A stretch of DNA of 63,941 bases, counting the filler, from Barthelona sp. PAP020 (taxonomy: Eukaryota): NCBI GenBank assembly GCA_040182905.1. It is 4 parts of 4 records of this genome, joined end to end, with 100 filler letters (N's around TTAATTAATTAA, not from the genome) between each part and the next. Parts side by side here need not be neighbours in the genome. Positions count along the whole stretch, not along the records: positions 48,889 to 63,941 come from JARQWU010000291.1; 3 more parts are not named here. One strand, given 5' to 3'. Each line of letters opens with the position of its first letter. Position 1 is the stretch's first letter. The translations under genes were made by a program, and so were the position numbers. The notes beneath the pieces were generated by a model. That model was not told the DNA's origin. It ran no database searches and saw only the letters and a program-made list of their open reading frames with translations. Below are positions 52,185-60,720 of the stretch, one piece after another.

Positions 52185-55100
52185 TTAGAACAAATCAATA
52201 TCAGAATCGGAGTCAGAAGCCAAATCTAAATCCAATTTTTGAAGAAAATTGGTGGAATTTTCTGAAAAATTGTTCTTTTTGTCACGAGAAGCGAAAAGAT
52301 TTTCATTGACTTCTCTAACATCTGAAACTTTGGATAAATTTAATTTTGGTACCATAGAACCACTGTTTGAAGAAAGTATGGAACCACTTGATTGGAGTTT
52401 TGTGCTAAGGGAAATATCGGGATTGAAACCCTCATTCAAAAGATGCATGCTTTCAAATTCTAATCCAGAATCTGATTCTTGTGTGGATGAAGAACCACGT
52501 GGTGAGAATCCAAGAGTTTCCACAATTTTCCCTTTGTCTTTTGAATTTGTTGTTGTATCATTGTTTCTTGCATGGAAACGAGAAGCATCAACCCTATTAT
52601 CAAATTCTTCAGCAGTAGATGATGTTTGACCAAAAGATTCATTTGAATATAATTCAATCACGTCAGAATCAGAATCGGAATCAGAAAAGTCAATGATATT
52701 CTGTCTATTATTTTTGGTGTTTGGAGGGGAGTTTCCAATATCCACAATATCTTTCAACAGTTCACTTTCCTTATCATTGTCAAAGAAATCACCTTTTTCC
52801 TTCTTTTTATCAGACACAATATGATTAACAGAATTTTCAACTGGTTTATTGGCTTTCTCTGTTTCTAGTTTCTTGTTTATATTTTTTAAATTTTTGTCAA
52901 GAAAGTCTTCATCAATGTCCAAGAAATCCAATCCATCACTTTCCTTCAGGTTTACTTTTGTGTTGTGTTGAGGGGGAGAAAGATCAAAATCTGAACTTGA
53001 ATCATCTGAGATATCAAAATTGGAATTAGAATTGTCAGACATTGAAAATGAATTATCATTATTTCCGTATAAAACGCTCGGATTGATTGGTGTTTTAGTT
53101 ATTATTGGTTTGATTTCGTCATCATCAGAGCTGCTAATTGATAAATCGTTCTTTTCAACAGATTCTTTCTCATTGACAATACCCAAAAGATCATCTTCGT
53201 CTTCGCTAGACTCACCCGATTCATCAAAATCGTTCTTTTCAACTGGTTTATTCTCACTAACGATACCCAAAAGATCATCTTCATTTTCGCTAGATTCAAT
53301 GGATTGGTCAAAGTCATTCTTTTCAACAGATGCTTTCTCATTGACAATACCCAAAAGATCGTCTTCATCTTCACTTGATTCAACGGACTGGTCAAAATCG
53401 TTCTTTTCAACTGGTTTATTCTCACTAACGATACCCAAAAGATCATCTTCATCTTCACTAGACTCACCCGATTCGTCAAAATCGTTCTTTTCAACTGATG
53501 CTTTCTCATTGACAACACCTAAAAGGTCGTCTTGATTTTCGATTGACTCAACAGACTGATCAAAGTCATTTTCGGTATTTCTTTCAAATATATCAAAAGC
53601 ACCTGTATTATTGCCAATATTTTCTTCTATTTTTTCGTTAATTGTACTATCATCAAGCAATGAATTAATATTTCCATTGAAAACATCATTTTTTTCAATA
53701 TCAAAAGTTTTGATGCTTGAACCTCTTTTGATTGAAGGACTTTTTTTGGAATTTTCATTTGGAGGAGAAATATCGCTTTTTTTGTCAACAATATTCACGG
53801 TTTCAATTTTGCTAACATTATTAACTCTTAAAATTGCTTCTTCCTTTTTAAAGATATCTATTGTATTGCTACTTGAATCAATTTTCATTGAATTTGGAGA
53901 CTCTTCAGTATCGACGCTGTTATGTTCCACACTTGAGTCAGAATCAAATTCGTTGGAGTCAGAATTGTTGATAATTTCCACCAACGCATGTTCTTCCATT
54001 TCATGCTCAAATAAGACACCTTTTCTTTTCATATTTTTCTTATCAGTCTCATCAACTTCAATAATGCAACCAGTACTGTTACCACTGCTATTACTATCAC
54101 TATTATCAATCAATCCTGGCTGAGAATGATATCTGGGGTTATTGATGGTCTCAGCAGGAGTATTACTGACCTCATTGTCACTTGATAAATCATTTGCATC
54201 TGGTGAAGTCACGTAAGAATCAAAAGGATCTTCTGTGTTTATCTTATCTGGAGTTGAAGTCCAATTTTTAGATTCAGCCAAATTTAAATAAATTTCTTTG
54301 TCCTTTTCCTTTATTTGAGTTGAAGCAATATTATTTTCTGTGAACGTTGTGACTATACTTTGATCACTGTCTTTCTTTTTCCCAACAATGGATGAATTCA
54401 AGGTTCTAAGATCAAAATCACTGTGTTGTATTATTCCTTCTTCATTAATTTGGTCATTTTTATTGTTGTCTATGACTTCAATGATAGGTTTGGTCGAATC
54501 TAATGTTTTCAAAGGATAATTACGGAGATTATTTTTAGAAGACAATAACTCTGAAAAGTCTTTTGATTTAATAAATGTTTCTAACGTTTCGATTCTGTTA
54601 AAAAGCTCTTGTTTTTCCTTTTTTTCTTTTTCTTCTTTTTGTTTTAAAAGAATTAAAGTATTACGACGTTGTTCTATCAATTCTTCAATTGCATCTGAGA
54701 AATTACAATCAACCTTTAAAGTAACTGTTTTATAATTGAGTGCCAAACTTTCAACAATTTTTTGCAATTTATAACTTTCATTAAAGCATTCATTTAAGGC
54801 CTCTTCATTTTCAATAGATGAAATACTTTTTTTCAAAACAATGAACTTTTGCAAAATTTCAACCAAATTTTTCAGATAACCATCATAATCCATATGTTTT
54901 GCAATATATTCATCAAATTTTGTTGTTGAATGATCAAAAATTTTCATCAATGAATACAAAATTTGCATACATTTATTTCTAGCATTATTTAGATCCTTAA
55001 TAGCACCAGGCATAATCATATTGAAATAAAACATCTCATTAAACATGTTATCAATCATAAAATACTTCTTTTCATCATCTTCTTTGAAATCATTAAACTT

Positions 55101-56540
55101 TTCCAAATTTTTAAAGGTTTTAAAATTTTCTTTTTCGCTTTTTTTTTCTTTGAAATGTTCAATCTCATTGATTCTTCTTTCAATGTCATTTAATCTATTC
55201 ATATCTATCATATCAACATTATTGAAGGATGAGAGAACTAAAGATTCTTCATCGTTCCTTGATTGAATATTCTTATCCAAAACTGTCAATTTTTTTTCAA
55301 TTTCATCAAATTTTTTGTCAAATTTTTCAAAAGTTTTAACAGATTGTTCAAAAATTTGTTGTTTTGCATTGAAATTCTGTGTTTCAACATTAAGATGATT
55401 CATAAATGTTTGAAGTTCTTTCAATTCCTGTTCAACACTCGAATATTTAGAATTTATCACATATTTATTCAATTGTTCTTTCAACCATTCAATGTCATCT
55501 TCTAAATTGGTTATCTTGTTCTGAAATTTAGAGGGTTTATTTAGAATGTTGATGGAAGATTGTAAATGATTGATTCGTTCATTTAATTCCAATTGCCTTT
55601 GTTCCATGGTTCTACCAATTTCTTGAATTTTCTTATGGATCTCAAAAGTAGCTTCTGTAGTTGCATATTGATCTAACATACCCCTTATTCCTTCCAATTT
55701 ATTTATATTATTCACACAATTATCCAATCTATGAGAAATTGAAGATATATTATGCTTATTTTGCGTTATCTCAAGTTTATTTTGCTTGACACTATTTTCT
55801 GCAGATATTATTTGTCCTTGATATACAGAAAAATTAGATGTCATAGCCTCATTGATGTTCTTAATCACTATTTGAATTTGAGTAGGCGTTAATTGCTCTG
55901 AATAACTTTGTAACAAAGTGTTTAATTCCAATCTTAAATTGTTTGTGTTAGTTTCAGTTTTTTCAATTCTTTCATTCATATTGCTTTTCATTTGATTATA
56001 ATTCTCTTCAATTTGGGTAAATTTTCCCAAAAATGTAGAGCTATTGGAATTGACTTGTTCATTTATCCTTTGCGTTAACCTTTCATTCTGTTGTTGAAGA
56101 TTTTCAATATAAAAAGAAAAATTCTTTTCAACATCATCAATTTTTTCATCAACACGTTGCTTTAACGTGTTATTAGATAAATTTTCATTGAATAATGTGC
56201 GAAATTCATTGAATTGACTGGATAAATGAGATATTTCTTGATGAAATTGCTTTTGAACACCTTGTAATCTATCTCTCAATGTTCCACTAAAGTCATGCTT
56301 CAAAATATCAAGTGAATTATAAATATCATACAATTGGCGTTCAATTTCACTCGTTTTTCCATCCAATTCAGTCAGTTCTCGTTGAGCTACAGCATTATTA
56401 AAAGACGCTCCACCATAAAATGGTAGTTGTCCACTGGTAGTTTTTCGTTTTGAACTCAATGAATCGTTGTACTCCAATCGAGTTTTTGATTCGTCTAATA
56501 ATCCTCGTAATGTGCTACTCCATGATGGATTGCTCATCAT
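52185..56540 (-). CDS. Large protein with N-terminal coiled coil and acidic, disordered, repeat-containing C-terminus
   Basis: 1451-aa ORF; family not recognised. Confidence 0.8.
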   Translation of the reverse strand: MMSNPSWSSTLRGLLDESKTRLEYNDSLSSKRKTTSGQLPFYGGASFNNAVAQRELTELDGKTSEIERQLYDIYNSLDILKHDFSGTLRDRLQGVQKQFHQEISHLSSQFNEFRTLFNENLSNNTLKQRVDEKIDDVEKNFSFYIENLQQQNERLTQRINEQVNSNSSTFLGKFTQIEENYNQMKSNMNERIEKTETNTNNLRLELNTLLQSYSEQLTPTQIQIVIKNINEAMTSNFSVYQGQIISAENSVKQNKLEITQNKHNISSISHRLDNCVNNINKLEGIRGMLDQYATTEATFEIHKKIQEIGRTMEQRQLELNERINHLQSSINILNKPSKFQNKITNLEDDIEWLKEQLNKYVINSKYSSVEQELKELQTFMNHLNVETQNFNAKQQIFEQSVKTFEKFDKKFDEIEKKLTVLDKNIQSRNDEESLVLSSFNNVDMIDMNRLNDIERRINEIEHFKEKKSEKENFKTFKNLEKFNDFKEDDEKKYFMIDNMFNEMFYFNMIMPGAIKDLNNARNKCMQILYSLMKIFDHSTTKFDEYIAKHMDYDGYLKNLVEILQKFIVLKKSISSIENEEALNECFNESYKLQKIVESLALNYKTVTLKVDCNFSDAIEELIEQRRNTLILLKQKEEKEKKEKQELFNRIETLETFIKSKDFSELLSSKNNLRNYPLKTLDSTKPIIEVIDNNKNDQINEEGIIQHSDFDLRTLNSSIVGKKKDSDQSIVTTFTENNIASTQIKEKDKEIYLNLAESKNWTSTPDKINTEDPFDSYVTSPDANDLSSDNEVSNTPAETINNPRYHSQPGLIDNSDSNSSGNSTGCIIEVDETDKKNMKRKGVLFEHEMEEHALVEIINNSDSNEFDSDSSVEHNSVDTEESPNSMKIDSSSNTIDIFKKEEAILRVNNVSKIETVNIVDKKSDISPPNENSKKSPSIKRGSSIKTFDIEKNDVFNGNINSLLDDSTINEKIEENIGNNTGAFDIFERNTENDFDQSVESIENQDDLLGVVNEKASVEKNDFDESGESSEDEDDLLGIVSENKPVEKNDFDQSVESSEDEDDLLGIVNEKASVEKNDFDQSIESSENEDDLLGIVSENKPVEKNDFDESGESSEDEDDLLGIVNEKESVEKNDLSISSSDDDEIKPIITKTPINPSVLYGNNDNSFSMSDNSNSNFDISDDSSSDFDLSPPQHNTKVNLKESDGLDFLDIDEDFLDKNLKNINKKLETEKANKPVENSVNHIVSDKKKEKGDFFDNDKESELLKDIVDIGNSPPNTKNNRQNIIDFSDSDSDSDVIELYSNESFGQTSSTAEEFDNRVDASRFHARNNDTTTNSKDKGKIVETLGFSPRGSSSTQESDSGLEFESMHLLNEGFNPDISLSTKLQSSGSILSSNSGSMVPKLNLSKVSDVREVNENLFASRDKKNNFSENSTNFLQKLDLDLASDSDSDIDLF
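53143..53573 (-). repeat. Coding minisatellite, ~5 x 84 bp (28 aa)
   Basis: Unit EKNDFD(E/Q)S.ESSEDEDDLLGIV(NEKASV/SENKPV). Confidence 0.92.
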
Positions 56541-56728
56541 TATTGAAAAATTTAGATTTTAATTCAAGATAAAAACTTGAAAATTGCCTTTTTTTTATGT
56601 AAGTTTTTTTTGTCAAATTGTTTGACCATTTTGTTTCATTAAAAAGAATTAAATAATAAAATAATAAAAATACAAAAAGGTGAAAAAAAAAAAGGACTTT
56701 ACCATTTTTTTTTTTCAACAAATCGAAA

Positions 56729-56943
56729 ATGTTTATGCGCTTTTGTCAAAAATGTCAACAATATACATTAGATGTATCAAAAAATTATGTTTTCTTGAAA
56801 ACTAACAATAGAAAAAATGTCCTCATTGTCAATCATTCACAGATTCTGCACATCCTGCAAGATTTTCTCCTGATGATAAATTTTCAAAAGAAAGAATTGA
56901 AATGAAGAGACAACATGGTTTACTTCCTTCTCAACGTAGTTAG
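56729..56943 (+). CDS. NOP10: H/ACA snoRNP protein Nop10 (exons 56729-56773 and 56812-56943), 58 aa
   Basis: Spliced product [61 protein letters not shown] and [12 protein letters not shown] are Nop10 signatures. Missed by the ORF track. Confidence 0.93.
56774..56811 (+). other. Spliceosomal intron, 38 nt
   Basis: GTATCA...ACTAACAATAG; removal restores the Nop10 frame. Confidence 0.9.
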
Positions 56944-57027
56944 ACATTTCGGAACTTAGAGAGTACAACAATGTACTTATTACAATAAAATAAAATAAAA
57001 TCTTTATTATTAAATTGTGATCGAATT

Positions 57028-57639
57028 TTACAAGATGTTACAAATTTTTGCAAAGAAACCTTTCTCTTCAACATTCACTTCATTTTCAGGTTCAGCGATT
57101 TCATCCATCATTTTTCTCGATAAGGTGAGGAAAATTTCATCGATATTTTCATTTTGACGGGCAGAAGACAACACCAAAGAACAACCAAGTTGAGCAGCTA
57201 ATTCTTCAGCTTCTTCTTGAGGAACACAATGCTTTTCATCAGCCAAATCTGTTTTGTTGCCCACTAAGATTTTTGGGAAATCTTCTTTATTTTGCTCTTG
57301 TACGGCATCATCATGAAGATCCTTAATTTTTCTGAAAGATTCATAATCGTCAACAGCATAAACAAATATAAATCCCTGTCCAGAAGACATGTATGTCTTA
57401 CGCAACCAAGAAAATTCATCTTGACCAGCAGTATCCAAAATATTTAACAATATGGCATTTCCATCAACATCAATAGTTTTTTCATGAGTGTCTTCAATTG
57501 TAGGATTATACTAAAGAAGTTAGATGAATTCAATAAAATTATCTACTTTGGCAATAAATTTGTCGTTAACAAACATTTGAGCAATACAGGTCTTACCAAC
57601 ACCACCTGCTCCCAAAAGCATGACTTTGTAATCAGACAT
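57028..57639 (-). CDS. Ras-family small GTPase (exons 57639-57547 and 57510-57028)
   Basis: GAGGVGKT, YNPTIED, DTAGQDEF, NKTD and SAR motifs; CaaX box CNIL. Confidence 0.93.
57511..57546 (-). other. Spliceosomal intron, 36 nt
   Basis: GTAGAT...TCTAACTTCTTTAG; contains an in-frame stop and separates G1 from the effector loop. Confidence 0.9.
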
Positions 57640-57766
57640 CTGATGAAAAAATTATAAATCAACGCAACTTTCAAATGATTTTTTCCTTTGTTTTTGAAAA
57701 TAAAAAACAAAACAATTTTATTAACTAATAAAATAAGTTAGTTGAAAGAAATAAAACGAAATCTTT

Positions 57767-58801
57767 TTATAAATTTAAAATTTTAACGATTTCTGAAAAG
57801 ATTGCAAGAATCTTTTCTTCCATTAATTGTTTTATTTCACCAGAATTTTTCCTACCTTTGGCATATTCTTCAACAATATGTTCAATTGCATCAAAATCAC
57901 AATCTAAATCAAGTAAACTGAGTAATCTAATAAAAAATACAGCAATATCAACCTCAATATTTGCACCCTTTTCTTGTTGCTCTTCAATAGTAGCTTGACC
58001 ACCGGAAAAAGCTGATCTAATTTTCTTTTTAAGTGGTTTATTGTTGTCATTGATGTATAGAATAGAGTTATGGGTTAGCGCCTTGTCAATTCTATCTTCC
58101 AATGAAGTCAAAGCAGGAATTTTTTTAAATATCAATGCTCCAGGCATTGGACAAGAATTTTGCAGAATATTAGCGGATAATTGAGCCAAATAAAAAATTC
58201 GAACATCATAATCATCCGTGAAAAAGACACATTTGTCTGAAGGTGAAAGAAATTCAGGAAAAGAGATTGGGAATAAAGTAGCAATATCAAACAAAATGTT
58301 GGACACAAAAAAAGTTTTTGGATCTGGATTTTCAATGAAAAATTCGGGATAATAACTTTGTAAATCGTTTCCTTTAATAACTTTACCAACATGACAGATT
58401 GTTTTGTAACAGGAAGCAAAATGGGTTTCCTCTGATACAATTAAAGTTTTCTCAGGATTGAAACCAAAGTCTAAAATCAATTGTTTTTTTCCTTCAAATG
58501 TATTTAGCCTGTTTTTAGCAAGTTTTTTTAGAGATCTTGGATCTCTTAAATTTTTCTTTTCCAAAAGAGGATGTTTCTCTTCTAAAAATAAAGGATGTAT
58601 TTGGATTACACATTTGCAATCCAATTGTGATACCAATTGTTGCAATGCTTTTAATTTTATAATGTGTTCATGATTAAAATAATCAACATCAATGTCAGTT
58701 CGTGCAAATATGTAAAAATCGTTGTTGTTTTCGAATTCATCAAATGAAAAATTTAATGTTTCTTTGAAATAATGTTCAGATTGAACAAATCTTGGTATCA
58801 T
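57767..58801 (-). CDS. Tryptophanyl-tRNA synthetase-like protein lacking catalytic motifs
   Basis: GFNPEKTLI and C-terminal KKKIRSAFSGGQATIEEQQEKGANIEVDIA...Y..G...SGEIK are typical of eukaryotic/archaeal TrpRS. The HIGH position reads NHEH and KMSAS is absent. First ATG at 58801. Confidence 0.85.
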   Translation of the reverse strand: MIPRFVQSEHYFKETLNFSFDEFENNNDFYIFARTDIDVDYFNHEHIIKLKALQQLVSQLDCKCVIQIHPLFLEEKHPLLEKKNLRDPRSLKKLAKNRLNTFEGKKQLILDFGFNPEKTLIVSEETHFASCYKTICHVGKVIKGNDLQSYYPEFFIENPDPKTFFVSNILFDIATLFPISFPEFLSPSDKCVFFTDDYDVRIFYLAQLSANILQNSCPMPGALIFKKIPALTSLEDRIDKALTHNSILYINDNNKPLKKKIRSAFSGGQATIEEQQEKGANIEVDIAVFFIRLLSLLDLDCDFDAIEHIVEEYAKGRKNSGEIKQLMEEKILAIFSEIVKILNL

Positions 58802-58921
58802 TTTGAAAAAGAGAAAAAAAAGAATTAAAATATGTTTAATATTTCTGATCACTGAAAATCTGATGAATTATTTCAGCGTGAAGGTTTATTTAAAAAATCA
58901 AACTGGATGTTATTTACAAGT

Positions 58922-59434
58922 CTACAAATTCTGCTTTTTAAGAGCAGCGTTGAGAGAAAAGCTCTCTGGTATTTCGTCATAATTTTGTTCCAACTTAGTT
59001 TGGGTTAATAAATTAGAAACCAGATGTTCAATATGTCGTTCATAATTGCCTTCATCTGTTGTATGATCTTTAGCAATGATCTTTTTTATCCAATCGCTTT
59101 GTAATAACTTTGAGGCTTCAACCAAAGGGTTTGCTATCTCTTTTCTTGATTCAGGTTTGATGTCTAAAGAAGAAAAAGGCTTCGTACGAGTTTTGTTGAT
59201 TTTAGAAATCCAAGCCTTTTTCAATCTTTGACCCGAATTTTGAGGCTGTATTTTTGGAATTGTAACTACATTTTGTGGATATAATATCTTCTTTGCCCGT
59301 GATTTTTGTTCAAGGTTCGTTTCCAGAATGTGTGAATCCGGTTTCTTTCTATTTGAATTGTAAAATCTTTTGTCTGCATGGATTAAATCAGCTATTCGAC
59401 TTCGAACTTGTGGTTTTTTTGGTTTTGATTTCAT
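58922..59434 (-). CDS. Hypothetical basic protein
   Basis: 170-aa ATG ORF. Confidence 0.6.
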   Translation of the reverse strand: MKSKPKKPQVRSRIADLIHADKRFYNSNRKKPDSHILETNLEQKSRAKKILYPQNVVTIPKIQPQNSGQRLKKAWISKINKTRTKPFSSLDIKPESRKEIANPLVEASKLLQSDWIKKIIAKDHTTDEGNYERHIEHLVSNLLTQTKLEQNYDEIPESFSLNAALKKQNL

Positions 59435-59585
59435 TGAAGAATTAAAAATGATTCATTCTTTTTTCAATTGAATTTCATTTAATTCAAAATAAATAGAATG
59501 TACACTTTTAAAAACATAAATATGCAGCAATGAAAACAAAGAAAAAGCTTCTTCATCTGAGAAGAGAGCATTTTTTGTTTGTTGG

Positions 59586-60311
59586 ATGAATGAATTTGGG
59601 AAATTATTTAAGAAAGCGAATTATTACACGGATGAAGATGTTAATTGTTTGTTAGAATTATTGGGCTTGAGCGAATTAATAATAACTGAAAGAATACCCG
59701 AAGTTATTCCCAAATATTCTCAGATAAAATCTTCAATGATTCAAAAGTTAATTTTACAAAGAGAGATTGCTAATCGAAAAGCAAAACAAGAACAAACTCT
59801 AAGAGAAACCGTTTTGAATCTTAAAATTCAAGACTTTACATCTTCTATTAAAAATATGCAACAGCAATTATCCAAAAAATTTGTAAATATTGAAGTGAAT
59901 GAAGAAAAAGATGATGATGAAAAATGTAAAGACATTTTCAGAAATTTGGAGGTTTCTATTGACAAATTAAATGATATTTGCAACCAAATCGAGCCAAATA
60001 TTTTACTAGAAGATGTTGAAACACGATTGAAATTGCAAAAAACTGAGGAAAGACTTAAAATTCTCTCACTTTCAAAAATCGAAAAGAAAGAGATTGAAAC
60101 CAAGTGTAAAAATTGTAAAAAAATGGAAGAAATGACTTGTAGATTAAGAAGTGAGATGTACCATATGAAAGAAACAATGCAGAAAGAGCAAGAAGAATCT
60201 CTTTTGATTCTTAATGAAAGATGGAAAAAAACTTGTGAAAATTACAGAATTCAAATGAAATTATGGACAGAAGAACAATTAAAAAAAAAGAATAAAAAGA
60301 CAAAAGGGTAA
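59586..60311 (+). CDS. Hypothetical coiled-coil protein
   Basis: 241-aa E/K-rich ORF; the frame stays open a little upstream, so the start is uncertain. Confidence 0.65.
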   Translation: MNEFGKLFKKANYYTDEDVNCLLELLGLSELIITERIPEVIPKYSQIKSSMIQKLILQREIANRKAKQEQTLRETVLNLKIQDFTSSIKNMQQQLSKKFVNIEVNEEKDDDEKCKDIFRNLEVSIDKLNDICNQIEPNILLEDVETRLKLQKTEERLKILSLSKIEKKEIETKCKNCKKMEEMTCRLRSEMYHMKETMQKEQEESLLILNERWKKTCENYRIQMKLWTEEQLKKKNKKTKG

Positions 60312-60720
60312 TTTCATCAGGGCTTGCCTTTTTCATGATATTTGTTGGTATTGGAATGATTTTGTTTGTTGTTTTTATAAATTTTAAATTTACAGTTCAT
60401 ATTAGATTGAATTTCGGGTTGATAGTTTCAAATTATCAAATGTCCTATAAATGTATCTGTTTTTTAATTTTTTTTGATAAATATTTGTTTTGATTTATTT
60501 TTTATTAATTTAAATGGAAAATTCTTCTCATTGATCAAATTGATTTTTTTAGGAGAATGAAAAAGGGAAACCCTGAGAATTTTTACCACTAATAAACCTT
60601 TGTTTGTACATATATTATCTAAAAAAGAAATTTTAATTAATTTTGAAGAGATTTTGAGAAGAAAATTTATTGGAGACTTTTTTGTTTTCTTTTACTTGAC
60701 CATTTTTTCATTAATTTGAA

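Noticed and set aside
53020..54123. Long Ser/Phe-rich plus-strand ORFs and an alternative-frame minus ORF
   Set aside because: Shadows of the repetitive acidic CDS on the minus strand.
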